In this document: positions 14,601 to 29,113 of the stretch, in pieces
Position numbering within the stretch: position 1 is the first letter of the stretch
How the letters are laid out: each line of letters starts with the position of its first letter
From: Chrysomallon squamiferum
Taxonomy: Eukaryota > Animalia > Mollusca
Reading direction: 5' to 3'
DNA length: 64,000 nucleotides
Assembly (NCBI GenBank): GCA_012295275.1
Contig: CM022668.1
Span: 12,648,001 to 12,712,000 of the forward strand
Position numbers and translations under genes: made by a program
The notes under the pieces: model-generated
What the model was told of the DNA's origin: nothing
What the model saw: only the letters and a program-made list of their open reading frames with translations
Database searches by the model: none

Positions 14601-14871
14601 TTATGGATTTCTTTATTAGATTTGCTTTTTTCAACAAATGTTTTCAAATATAGACACTGGTCTTGTGTAGTTGATTTAGATTGTATGATAAGATCTATGT
14701 ATGATTATTGTTAGTAGTATTATTAGTATTGTTATTGTTGTTTTTATTATTATTATTATTGATATATGTGACAGATTTCTTTAACCTGTATAAAGTGAAT
14801 GGGTAACGTAATTTTGTTTGATAAACTGGATAGCATCTTGAATTTGATGGGACGTGTGTGGTGTGTGTGTG

Positions 14872-14938
<67 letters not shown>

Positions 14939-15412
14939 AAAGTAAATCTATGTTTTTAAATCATCTTTTTGTATTTAGGTTTTTAATGTTATAATTTATT
15001 TTATTTTATTTTATTTTATTTTATTTTATTTATTTATTTATTTATTTTTCCTATTTGTTTATTTATTTATTTAATTATTTTTATTTACATTTATTTTTAT
15101 TTATTTATCTATTTATAAATTTATGCTTTCCCATTAGCTCACTGACAGTAATATGTATAAGTTTGAGAAACAAGAAAATGTACTTCAGTGTGAATGTTCA
15201 GAAAACTGATAAAATGTTTATTTCTATACACTCGGTTATAAACTGAATTTTTCAACCAATATAAAGCACTTTTATCTAAATTGTTTATTATTATTATTAT
15301 TATTTTTTTTTTTTTTTTTAAGGAAAATTAGGCTAATATTCGAAACACTGAAATATTCTTTTTTATGCTGAACATAAGTGTTTACTGCATTTAAATATTA
15401 CTTTCAAATATA

Positions 15413-15455
<43 letters not shown>

Positions 15456-15595
15456 TCAGTTTGTTTTTCTTGCAAATATCATTCCTGTATCTAAATATTA
15501 GCATTCAGATTATGCTAATTTTGGAAACAGACTTTCATTAACTTGTGCCATTATTGGCATTCATTTGTCAGGTTTTTCAAACTGAGCTGTCTGTG

Positions 15596-15629
<34 letters not shown>

Positions 15630-16033
15630 AAGGAATAATTATGCTAATATATTGAACGAGCTTTGTTTGATGCCAGTTCTATTCCAGACCTGCGTTTCTG
15701 AGAAAACAGCTTTGTTATTTTCTATGGCAGTTGTTGAAAAGTGTTGGTGGTCGAAAAATGGCAAAAGCTTTCACAGATTCATTACAGCAGCAAATTATGT
15801 GGTTTAAATGCCATGAAGTTAAGATAACAAACAAATGTTTGTCTAATGTATTTGTGAGTGTGTGTGCACTCAAAGATTCACTTAGTAAATCATTGTAATC
15901 CTAGTAATAGTAATAAAAAAAAAAAAAAAAAAAAAAAAAAATTATGTTGGTTTCCTTTGCATCGATTTCTTTCTACAGAACCTGGGGAATGAATTTTTTT
16001 TTTTTTTGGTGAAGAATTTAGAAAACAATTCTA

Positions 16034-16082
<49 letters not shown>

Positions 16083-18982
16083 TATTTTTTATTTATTTAT
16101 TGTTATTATTATTTTGATTTATAAAAGATTTTAAAAATATTTATGGTCTAATCATAATGTAGTTTTAATTTTTTAGATTTTTTTTTATAAAATCCATGAA
16201 GTTAAATATTAGTATACTTTTATTTATTTATCTATTTATACATTTATTTATTTTTTATTATTATTATTATACAAATTATTAATCATTGAAGTATTTTTCT
16301 GAATGAAATAATAATTTGTTTTGAAGTCTTGATAAAGGTTATTAACCTATTGATTAAAAAAAGAATGAAAAACAAATTCATTATATAAATAAGTTTTCTT
16401 ATTGAGCCATCCATTAACTGATTGAAAAGTAACCAAACAGAACTGATTAAATAGATTTATTTTATTTTGAACTGTACAAAAAAAAAAAACCCATACTAAA
16501 CAACAAAACAAAAGCAATATGTTTTGTAACTAGGTTCTTAATAGTTTATTTTTTATTTTTTTTAACCCACTGAACTAACCTTGAATTAATGAAGAAGTTT
16601 GTTGTGTTCGGCCTATTGAATCTTAAGTAGTGACCTTCTTTGCCGAGTGTAATTCAGTTGATACTGTCCAAGATGAAGACATATTAACAAGGATTTATAA
16701 CTCATCTCCAATTTCCTGTTTGCAGACACAGAAATGAGGTGTGAGAAGCAGAATAATTTATTTTATGGATGAAAAGACAATTGATGTCTGGATGTACGAC
16801 TTGGCAGATTTTTTATGATTGGGGCTTTGGTGTCTGTGTGTGAGTCTGTCTGTGTGTGTTTATGAGGAGGTGTTTGTGGAGTTACGTGTATTTTATAAGC
16901 ACAGATCCATATCAGATATGTCTTTGGTGAAGACAAAGCAAAAAAAAAAAAAATATATATATATCAGATGATTTCTTTTATGTTTGTGATTACATACTCA
17001 GGAATGTGCTATGACCAGATATGGGAATATGTCTGGAATGGGAAATTCCCAGTAGATTCCTTAGTAAGACTGTCAATCCTTTGACTATTTGTACTTGATC
17101 ACTGTTTTTCTATCTGCTGTTGTATTTGTATGGCATGTTGGGGTGTATATATGGTACTTAATGTGTGCATCCATGTATAGGTGTGTGTGTATATACATAT
17201 ATATATAAGGTATGTAGGGGTATATTTAGGCTTGTTAGGTATCACTTAAATGATTTTTGCAAAGAATGGTATAACAGCTAATATTTTGCCCAACAATAAA
17301 ATATATTTATTGACAGAAAAGCACTTACCATGCCCTATGATATGCCTATAATGGAGCACTTGTCGGAATGGTAAAATAGTTGAAAATGCACAATGAGGAT
17401 TTTTTTTTCTTTGTATATAAACATGCTTGGGTATAATATGTATGTAAACATGCATGTGTGTGTGCAAGCATGCCTAAAATTGCTTATCATGACCGTTTTT
17501 TTTTATAACAAATGTAAACAGTGGTGACATAATTCAGTTATATTTGTACCAACTGACCTTTACCTGTTGTGACGCACTCTCTTCAGCAGACAAATTGACT
17601 TGTTCAGTAAATATTACTCTAGTAACCTTTCTTTCTCTGCTTGCATTTTCTTTTTTATTGTCCATTCTTATAGCTGACATTCAGTGTTAGGAACCATAAC
17701 TCTTGATAATCAAACTCCTAGACCATAAATAACTTTAGTTAATAAAACTCAGGAACCATAACTCAGCATAATCAAGATTTATGCTGGCAAACCATTAATG
17801 GCTCTTTGAAATTAAGCGGCAATGTTCCAAGGGCTATTTCTGCATTACTGAGCACTTTATTTTGTTTTTTTATTGAAAATTTTGATCAATGTGTTGAAAT
17901 ATTTCACCATTGAAAAGATTATACAAATTTAAGACATTTTTTTCTTCAATTTGTTTGGATTTTCGGAGGGTTTTATTTTATTTTCAGTCCTTAATATATA
18001 TTTGTTATTTTCTCTTTTTTTTTCTTTCTTTTTTTTGTGGTCTGTCTTTTCTTTTCTCTTTGAATGCAAGAAAATGAATCAATAGTTAAAAATAAAATAG
18101 ATTTTTTTTTTTTTTTTATGGAAAAAAATAGTAAATGTCACACAAGGCATTTTGAAATTTCAAACCCATTGACGTTTCAGTTATTGTTAGAACCATTCAT
18201 TCATAAATGTTAAGAAATTCTGTAATGTTTAACTTCTGTTTAGAAAATTAATGCAAATGGCTGCCTTTACACAGGCGTAAAAATCATTCACTCATACATG
18301 TGATCAATTTCTATGACGGTACAAACAATTACTGAGTATGACTGCATCTATATGCATTTGAAGTTATGCATGAGAAAAAAAACCCATTTAAACAAAAATA
18401 AGGCCACTTTCCATGAAAGCTACACAAGTTCTTGAAAAAAAAAAAACAGTTCATCTGTATTTGTTAAAAGGCATGTAGCAGTTATTTCAGCAATTTCATA
18501 GAGATTCATGGATTTTTGGTTTTTATGGTAATTCTTCTACCATCTGATTAATTACTAAAACTGAACTCCACTTATGCAGACATTTCCGCATGTACGTGAC
18601 ATGCTTGAAATGTGCAAATACCTCCAAGCATGCTCTATTTTAGTAGCATTAATAAATAAAGCAATATATTTTTGTTCCCTTCACAGATGTGTGTGTAATT
18701 TGTACCAGTTAACATTTCTGAAGTTGTGTTGTTTGTCAAAGGAAAAAAAAAAATTAAATTTAAAAAAAAAGGTTTATATAAAAAAAGTTGATGACTGTAA
18801 GTATGTATATTTTTAAAATTTCTATATATTTTTTTCTTTTTATATATATTTCATAATAACATTAAAATATCTGTGTACCTATTCATTAAACATTCTGTAA
18901 CAGTTAATCATTAATACTAAATTGCTTATAGTTATATTGTCTATATGTGTGTTTGGGTACGAGTGTATGTGTGTTTGGGTAT

Positions 18983-19030
<48 letters not shown>

Positions 19031-19308
19031 AAGAAGAGATAAGGAAGAAAAGAAAAGAAGATAAATATCAGATAAATATTAGAAACAGGAAAAATGTCGG
19101 ATAGGAAAAGTAGATTGAGGAATCGAAACCAGATTAAGCTACAAATAAAATCTTGCAACGTTAAAGAGAGAAAAAAACAAAACAAAAAGAAAGTAAATTC
19201 CAGAAAACTGCTAAATAAAATCTTTCTTTATAGCACTCTAATGAACTTCGATGGGGTCTTCACTTGTCATGGAATGTTAATGTAGCCTGCAAAACTAAAT
19301 AATCCCCC

Positions 19309-19341
<33 letters not shown>

Positions 19342-19689
19342 AAAGAAATGATGTTAGGTCTTCTAGTTCAGCGATGTTGCCAGTAATAGAAATATCTCAC
19401 TTACGGTAAACTAGTTAAACCATTGAATTAAATTCTTTTGTTGTTGATTTGTTTCCTTTCAGAAAATGCAGCACAGGATTAAGATAACATTCTTGTGTAA
19501 GAACTTGCAGGCCAAACATGTTTATTAAATTTTTAGCAAAGAGTTCATCGAGTGAAAGTAACGGTCTCCTTTGTTCGATTTTGTTATTTAAAAAAAAAAA
19601 AATGAAAAGAAAATTAATAATAAATTTTAAAAGTCATCTTCATTATTGGTTTCTTTTGTAAGACTTTGTCATTGAAAAAACATAATGAA

Positions 19690-20000
19690 ATAAAGTCTTT
19701 TAAAAATTCAGTATTAAACGGTTATGATTTTGAAAAACAGAAAATAAAATTGAAAAAATTAAAGTTTTAAGATTAAGAAGTAAATATCTATTATTGTTTT
19801 AAGAAATGGAAGAAGATAAAATTGGATCATTAAACAGTTATTATTTTAAGAAACAGAAGAATATAAAAAATAAATTGTTTTAAAATTCAGTACTAAATAG
19901 CTACTATTATTTTAAGAAACAGAAGAAGGTAAAAAAATAAATTGTTTTAAAATTCAGTACTAAATAGCTACTATTATTTTAAGAAACACAAGATAAAATT
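19690..20000. repeat. AT-rich tandem repeat, about 60-70 bp unit, about 5 copies
   Basis: TTTTAAAATTCAGTACTAAATAGCTACTATTATTTTAAGAAAC occurs exactly twice, with further diverged copies upstream. Confidence 0.85.
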
Positions 20001-20694
20001 GAAAAAAAAAAAAAAAAAAAAATTTGTGCTTGAAGTATTGAAAAGAACATACATCCATCAAAAAACCAAAAACAACAACAACAAAAAATCATTTTCAGAA
20101 AATTAAATCATTTTTTTTTCAATTTTCAACACAAAATCTAAGTTAATAACATTGCATTCTTTTCTTCTTTTTTTTCAACACAAAATCAAAGTTCAATGAC
20201 CATCTGTAGAAACTAGCATCAGAAATAGTTTTACAATTATTTATCCCATGCAGTTATTAACTGTAACACAGATTTCTAGCAAATTCTGTCATTTCCTCTT
20301 TCTAATTAACAAGCTGACAAACCGAATCTCGCCTTTGTCAGGAAAAGACTTTACCGTCTGCTACAATCGCTGTCGACATCATTATCATAGTGCTGTCGCT
20401 TTCTGACACATTCTCATAGCAGAGACATAATAATTATTTTAAAATCATTTGTTTCCTCGGCGCGCAAATCGATAAGGACAGTTTAGGAACTAATGCAATT
20501 CTGGTCGGATTGAAAAAGCTGAGTGTAATCTCTCGCTCAGGACAAAAGAGAATCTTTTGACCGCTGGTCATAAAGTTGTTACCATAAGCTGCTGTTTTTC
20601 TTTTTTTTTTTCTTTTAATTCTTTTCCTAATGTGTTCGGCCATTGGCCTTTAATAAGCTTTATGCTCGGCAGCTACATGAAGAGGATGTTCTGT

Positions 20695-20765
20695 GTTTCA
20701 GTAAGGTGGTTAAGCCTTGAATCTCTAGCCTGGTAGAGACTGGGTTCTAATCATGTTGTCAGTTC
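20695..20765 (+). mobile_element. Possible decayed tRNA-derived SINE head
   Basis: A-box-like GGTGGTTAAG and B-box-like GGGTTCTAATC at tRNA-like spacing; no intact cloverleaf. Confidence 0.3.
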
Positions 20766-21120
20766 TTATCTGGTTATTTATCAGAATAAAATAAAAAATA
20801 ATAATAATAATAAAAAATAATAAAATAAATAAAATTATAACTATATTTTAAGTCTTACACTTTTATATGTAAAAATATATACACTCATATACATACACTC
20901 ACATACATATTTTCATACAGAAACATTTACATATATGTACATATCTCATACATGCACACATTAATACATTCATTGTCTATATACACACAGATTCATAAAC
21001 ACATATACATTCATACATCTACAGGTAGACACACAAATACACATCCACCATTAGAACACACCTCCATAAAGGCACATAAAAGATTCACCATACTATTTTT
21101 TTTCTACAAATGAACCTTAG

Positions 21121-21152
<32 letters not shown>

Positions 21153-22087
21153 ACTCACTCACACACTCTACTCTCTTACAGACCATCCCTGTTCTTGATA
21201 TAAAGAATTATTTTTTTTGAAAACATCTCTCTCTCTCTGTGACAAAATCAATACTGACAGAAGTAATGTACTGCTAATCAGAACATAAACATGACAGTTC
21301 ATATATAAGAGTTTGCTGTCCTAGCTCAGATTGCTAATTCTAACGTTAGTATCATTAGTGTGTGCACTTTTGGCAGTTTGAATAAATTATTGAACTTTTT
21401 TTTTTTAAATTTATACTTTCTTGTTATTTATTCATGGTTTTGGGTGTTCTGCAATTAGTTATAATAGAATATAACAATAAAATAAAACATATATTTATTG
21501 CTGTTTTACTCCTTTACATGGCTGAGTTGTGATATATTTGTGTTTGTAGATGTCCTGTAGTTGAATTGGTTTCTGATAATACCAGGAGCCTCCTGGTTAT
21601 CTTTATGTATACAGTACACTGAAATTATTTGTGTTTTTTTTTTTTGTATTTATTGATTGGTTGGTTGGTTGGTTGATTGTTTGATTGATTGATTGATTGA
21701 TTATTATTATTTTTTTTTTTTATTTTTTTTTTTTTTTTTTTTTTTTTTTCATTTATTTATTATTTATTTATTTATTTATTTATGTATTTATTTTTTTTTA
21801 TTATTTTTATTTTTTATTTTTATTATTATATTTATTTATTATTATTTATTATTATTATATTTTTTAACAACATCAAAAGAAACTGAAACTGCAAAGCAAA
21901 ATGGTCTAATTTGAAAATGAGATCCATGACTAGTGAAAAATTACAGAACCCAGACATTTTTAAACTAGATACTCTTTCATTTTTATATTTCATTATTAAT
22001 ATACAGATATATTTCTTGAATACTTTCTAGATTTAAACATACAAACACACACACACACACACACACATACACAAACACACAAACACA

Positions 22088-22135
<48 letters not shown>

Positions 22136-22913
22136 CACACACACACATAAACAAGACACTTCCTGCGACACTAAATACATTTTTGTCTACCAAACACAAA
22201 TAACATTCAAATGAAAAGATAAACAAATTTAGGCGTCTAAACCCAAAATACATAGACACCACAAATCAACAACATGTTGATAGTGTTCACCAGTTTAATA
22301 CAAAGATGGTGTTAAAAGCATTTTTCTGAATTCGATGGACACAACATGCTATTTGCAGGCTCCCGAGATAATTATTTTTATTACATACACTTAGCACTGT
22401 TTCTGCATTAAGTAATTAGTGTTTATCAGATTAAGAATTCATCTGCGAATCTGTGACACATTTCGAAACGAAAATAACCGCAGAATGTCGTGAGTCGGAA
22501 CCATCTAGAACCACACTTTAACACCAAGCAACATTAACACTTCTGTACGTCTCTGTGTGTGTGTGTGTGTGTCTGTGTGTCTGTGTGTGTGTGTGTGTGT
22601 TTGTGTGTCTGTGTGGGGGGTAGCAAAATGTTTTTCACTCTAGTTTGCTCACAGCATGAGCTACAGGTGTGAAATGATGTCCAGTGACAAACGTTCTCAC
22701 CTGAGGTGTTGGGAATCTGGTGGTGAATTGTGGGTTTTTCCCATTCTAACCCCTCAGTTGAGATGTAAAAGATTAGGTTTTGTGTTAATGAATACGAATA
22801 AAAGATGCTTTGCAGCTAATATTTTTTGTCCAGACATCACACATAAAAACACACAGTTATGCAGATGAAGATCTGTATTAATGAATAAATATTTATATTT
22901 TTATAAATGACCC

Positions 22914-22945
<32 letters not shown>

Positions 22946-23064
22946 TGTACACATGAATATCAACACTGTAGTCACATACACATACAAGACAAACAAAAAC
23001 TTGTGCAAACATACAAATAGACATTAAAAAACAAAACATCAATACACATATATTTACATATATA

Positions 23065-23109
23065 TATACCAACATGCACACATTCACACACACACATTCA
23101 CATACCCAG

Positions 23110-23141
<32 letters not shown>

Positions 23142-23174
23142 TCACCAACACCTCCATGCACACATTCACACACA

Positions 23175-23219
<45 letters not shown>

Positions 23220-23560
23220 AGACACTCACCAACACCTCCATGCACACATTCACACACACTGACACAGACACACACACTCACACAGACACACACAGATACA
23301 CACACACACACACACACACTGACACACACACACACACTCACACAACACCTATATGCACACATTCACACACACACACACACACACACACAGATACACACAC
23401 AAACACACACACACCAACACACCTTCATGCACACATTCACACACACTGACACAGACACACAGATACACACATGCGCACAGATACACACACAGACACACTC
23501 ACCAACACCTACATGCACACATTCACAGACACACACACACACATACACACACACACACAC
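23065..23560. repeat. Higher-order (CA)n repeat punctuated by CACCAACACCTCCATGCACACATTCAC
   Basis: Six variants of the punctuating motif near 23069, 23143, 23227, 23341, 23412 and 23498. Confidence 0.9.
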
Positions 23561-23797
23561 TATTTGTCCTACGAACAGTAAACTAGTTAACTTTTTAACG
23601 TCGGTCATTAACTTTGTGACAAATGTTAAAATATTTTAGTTGAGGTGTCAATAAACTGTCTGTGTAATTTCCTGCGTAAAAACACTCGACTGGCAATGAA
23701 CACCTGTCATACAGTAACCCAGATTGTATAGTTTACAAAAGATATACTATATATGTTATACCTATGTCTGAATGTACGATATTTAATATATGTGTCA

Positions 23798-23837
<40 letters not shown>

Positions 23838-25809
23838 ACAATTGCCGTAGTTTACAATTTACATCTGTATATGTGTCACTATATATATATACTTTGCTCT
23901 GGTTTAGAATTATGTCTGTATGTGTGTCAGTACGTTCTTTTTTCTTTTTTTTTTTGAAAAACAAATGCATCATTTAGTATTTTTGTCCTTGTGTTGATTC
24001 CATTCCAGTAGCTTCAGTATCACTAGTACTTTAAATCTACATGACATGTCCCTTGATTTCAACTGATGTACTTAGAGTGAAGTACAAGATTTCTACAATA
24101 GTCTACATAATAAAAAAAATTCTTTTTTTTTTCCACTTTACTAATCTAGTATATTCCATCATGTATTTGATGCCTGGTAACCATGAGTATTAAAATTTGT
24201 TGTGGCTTTTGTAAATAAATGTTTGTCCATTCATTTATTGTCAATTCTAATTTTGTGAACTTTATTAAAATAAAAAAAATTTAAAAATGGCTGATGTAAA
24301 TGTTGATATTTACTTTGAACTTTTGGTAAATACATTTTTTTTGTTAGTTCCAACCTTGTTAATAGACTTTATGAACAATCTTTTTCAAACTGTGTTTGTA
24401 GTAAAAAAAATGCTGTATTAGATAAATATTGATATTAAAATGTATTGAAGGAATTTTTAAAATAGATTTTCACTAATCATTTTATATTCGGCATTGATTT
24501 TCAGAAATGTCATTCAAAAAAAAAAAAAAAATTAATAATGTTTGCATGTATAGTAAAAATGTACCTTATTTATTGCAAGTATCACGTACTTGGTTGACAA
24601 AAGCAGAATATTTGAAAGAAGACAAGATCAATCATTTTACTGGTATCCATTTTCGTTTTTTTCCCGTTCTAGACAAATTCTCAGAACAGATATATAAAGA
24701 ATTTCTTGTTATGGAATAAACAGGCCTGCAGATACAAAGTGAATGTAAAAAAATCTTTTGATGCTAATATGTGCATTTAAAATGTAGATATGGTTATACA
24801 GATGGAGGTATAGTAGTAGTTGTTGCAGCAGTAGTAATAGTAGTAGTAGTAGTAGTAGCCATTGTAATGAAAGAGTAATGGTAATGGTAGTAGTGGTAAC
24901 TGAAGTAGTAATAGTAGTAATACTGGTGGTAGTAGTAATTGTAATAGTAGTAGTAGTAGAGTGGTAGTGATAGTAATAGTAGTAGTTGCAGAATATTGAC
25001 ACTGTTAATAAAGATACACTTTAACCCTTTCCATGCAATGAGCAGAAAAATCCACTGAAAATTTTATTACCATTTTAATGCAGAAAGCAGATTTATGCCA
25101 GAATCTTGAAAAAAACACTTATTGTTACCCACCTAGAACTGACACACCTAGAGACTCCCAAATGTCATATCAGCCCAGTATGTCCTGCCATCTTTAGTTT
25201 TATTTATTTTTGCCAGGAGCCATTTTTGATTAAACATTGGTGTTATAAACAAAAACAAAAAAACAAACAAAAAAAAACAAAAATCGTCTGATATTTTATT
25301 AAAATACTCACTGCTGAGTTTCCATCAAGCATTTATTCCTTTATAATCACTATTGATTCTGTCGCATTTCAAAACAACAACATAGTTTTATAGTTTAAAA
25401 ATGTGTGTGGGTTTTTTTTTTTTTTTTCAGGGCTTATGATGATATTAACAGAATGCTGGAAGTAAAATAATTTCTTTAATCTTAGTATTGTTCATCTCAT
25501 ATGAATAATCGTTTTCACAAAATGGTGCTTTGATGAAATTTTATCACAATACAATAATACTTTGATTATTCTTCTTTTGAATTATTAACTCATTATTCCA
25601 CTTGCAGTGGTGAAATATCTCTAGATATAATGGTCTTTAAATACTGTTTTGACAGTGTATTGGCCTAGAGATATAACAGACTTTAATATCAAAACTGTGT
25701 ATGCAGTGCAATAGAGGAATGAAGTGGTTTCTTTAACAATACACTTTTAATTAATGATTGTATACTACAGAATATACACATGTATTTAAGAACCACACAG
25801 ATGAAAGGA

Positions 25810-25917
<108 letters not shown>

Positions 25918-26776
25918 CTTCATAAAACTCATTTCTGTCTTAAGATATCAAATTTAACCTGGAAAGGTTAGAATACAGAGTGTATTGAGGCTCTGCCAAA
26001 TTGTAATCACCATTCATACATTTGATTATAATTGATTATAACTATTTATAATCATAAATCAGAGAGAACTTGATTGTGTACACACACATACACACACACC
26101 TATATATATACCCAGTTTATTTTAACTAAACATCACAGGGAACTGCTAAGAACTAAAACTAAATTGACAAAACAACCAACAAGATTTGACCCTACAATTT
26201 GACCCACTACTCTACCATTCAGCTGAAAATCTTTTCAACAACTTTTATCATGAACAATTTAACGAAATACAAAAATCTTTTCCCCAAAAAATCTCAGCAA
26301 TACACCAAACCCTGAAATACAACAGAGTTTGTTAAATCAGCACACTGGCAAACACAGTAGCAAGACACATCCTTCCAAAACAACAGTCTGATAAAAATCA
26401 AGTCATAAGCAATATAACTGTTGATCAGAGTTTTGGACCCTTGCATAGGTAACTTCATTTTGCTGTAATCATTTTCCTGTCCTGGCCTATGGACACGACA
26501 ATACTCAGCTGGAATCAATGCATGGACGATAAATATAATAAGCCTTTATTTGCTACTATCACTGCATGAGGAATATAAAGACATCAAGATGCAAGTTATC
26601 TTTGACAATACCGCAGCCTCCAGTGGTAATAATAATTGACAAAAGTCACTCTGGTGTACTGAATCTTGGCCATAAGGAATTGTGAACAAAGAGTGAAAAT
26701 CCACGATCAACAGTAATTACATAAAACAGACTGACAGACAGTGCAGTTATGCTCTGCTCTTCTTGTTCAGATTGGA

Positions 26777-26974
26777 AAGGAAGGAAATATTTTATTTAAT
26801 GGCATAACCAGAATATTTTCAGTTTAGATTGTTTGTGCTTTTTTGATTATAATTAAAGAACCAAACAGATAACATGAGACGAAAAGACATCAGTTATGTG
26901 CTAAGGCAGGTTTTTTTTGGTTGTTGTTTTTTATAGCAGCAAGAGGTCTGTAATATGCACCTTCTCATAAACAG
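26777..26974 (-). mobile_element. Decayed SINE relic, probably Deu/Nin-domain type
   Basis: Shares the core TAGCWGNAAGA..T(T/A)(A/T)T..G(C/T)ACCTTCYCA and the end AAAT(A/G)TTTTATTTAA with the copies at 41085-41720. The reverse complement resembles the Deu/Nin-domain block TAAAAGATCCC.TG of molluscan SINEs as I recall it. Confidence 0.55.
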
Positions 26975-26976
26975 CG

Positions 26977-27380
26977 AATGTTGTTAAACAATAGTAACAA
27001 ATGTTATTAAATAATGCTAACAAATGTTGTTAAACTGTACTAACAAATGTTGTTAAACAGTACTAACAAATATTGTTAAATAATATTATCAACTGTTGTT
27101 AAACAATACTAACAAATGTTATTAAATAATGCTAACAAATGTTGTTAAACTGTACTAACAAATATTGTTAAATAATATTATCAACTGTTGTTAAACAATA
27201 CTAACAAATGTAGTTAAATAATACTACAACTATTGTTAAACAATACTAAAAATGTTAAACAATACTAACAAATGTTAAATATACTAACAAATGTTGTTAA
27301 ACAATACTTTGTTAAATAATTTCTTACAAATGTTGTTAAATAATGCTAACAACTACTGTTAAACAGTGATAACAAATGTG
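26977..27380. repeat. 23-bp minisatellite AATGTTGTTAAACAATACTAACA, about 17 copies
   Basis: Clear 23-nt period from 26977. It starts immediately after the SINE relic. Confidence 0.95.
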
Positions 27381-27912
27381 GGTAATTAATACCAGAGGCA
27401 ACAATTTCCTATGTCACCACCCTTGTTAACAAGACAACATTTTAATCAGAAATAGAATTGTTAGAATTCTGAGAAAATCTAATTAACTTAATGACTGAAC
27501 AGGATGTGCAGTTAAACATTATATCTCTAATTCTGTACAGAAAGTCCTTCAAAATTAATTAACCTCTGGTTAAACATATTGGGACTATAATTAAATGGAA
27601 AAAGACTGTTCTTGAAAGAAGCTGGGGTTTGCAGGGTCGAATATTGCAGAAGACATTTTCAGTCTGTTTCCTAATTATACGATTCAGAGTACTTTGTGAA
27701 ATGTCTGTAGGTATGAAAAGAGTATCTTGTGCAGTATCTGCAGTAGGTTTGTTGTTTCGAGGATTGTGAAAGGATTAGTATAATCTAAACTGCTATTAGT
27801 ATTAAAAATATGTATTGAAGTGATGTTAAAATATTTATTTATTTATTTATATATTTAGATGTTTTAAAATCCACTGCCTTCCCATGAAATGAAATGAAAA
27901 AATAAAAAAAAG

Positions 27913-27951
<39 letters not shown>

Positions 27952-28029
27952 ATGAATAAAATAAATAAAATTAAATTAAATAAAATAAAATTTTGCAAAT
28001 GAATTTAATAAATATTTTGTTATTTGATA

Positions 28030-28052
28030 TCTAATAATAATAATAATAATAA

Positions 28053-28102
<50 letters not shown>

Positions 28103-29077
28103 ATAATAATAATAATAATAATAATAATTAACAATACGACAGTAAAAAAAAAAAATAATAATAATAATAAAAACAACTACATGGAATAGCAATTTTATTT
28201 TTATAGAAACCTTCATCTGTATTCGTTGTGTTTTCTGTTATGTGATTTACAATTTATTAATTTCCAGGTAAATTAAAAGCTGTGTTTGCAATCAACATTT
28301 TGTCACAGGAATAACAATTTGTGACAGGTAAACTTAATTTACTGGAAGAGTTCAACAAAGATTTTACCTGTCTGCATTTATTTAGACAAATGAAAATGTG
28401 GACGATTATTATTTTCATCATTTCCTTTTGCAAAAAAACAACAAAAAAACAACAAAAAAAATCATGGCAAAATTTAATTATTTTTACTTGCAGACATAAA
28501 GAGAGAGACAAAAAAAAAAAAAAAATCGGCAAATATTTCATTATTTTTACATGCAAACGGGAAAAAAAGCGAAAAAAAAAAAAAAGCTTTACAAATTATT
28601 TTATTATTTCTACTTGATTGAAAAATAGAAAAAAAAAAAATAAAAATCACATTTAATTTCGTCTGCTTTTTTTCACTGTTGGAAAAAATAACAAAAAAAC
28701 AGACAAATTCAGAAGTGTTAAATACAGCTAATATTTTACGACCGCTTGACAAATAAAAAGGTGTTTACTACAACTGTTTGATAAAGTTAAATGTTTTGTC
28801 AATAATGTTTTTACAAGACCTTAATGCACTGTTCTCATTGCACTCGTTTTTTGTTGTTTTTTTCGTTTTTATTTTTTCGGTTTTTCTTTCTTCTTTAAAA
28901 TGTAATCCTTTTTTTTTATTTGCGAACTTTCTGCTTGTTTATGTATTATTTTGATTACTGTTAGTTCTTTAATTAAATTTTTTTTTTTATTTTATTTTAT
29001 TTTTTTTTTTTTTTTTTTTTTTTTTATTTATTTTATTTTATTTTATTTTTTTTTTTTCATTTCACATTATTTTATTA

Positions 29078-29113
<36 letters not shown>

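Noticed and set aside
20695-20765. Functional tRNA gene
   Set aside because: The A and B boxes are degenerate, and no acceptor stem or cloverleaf can be drawn.
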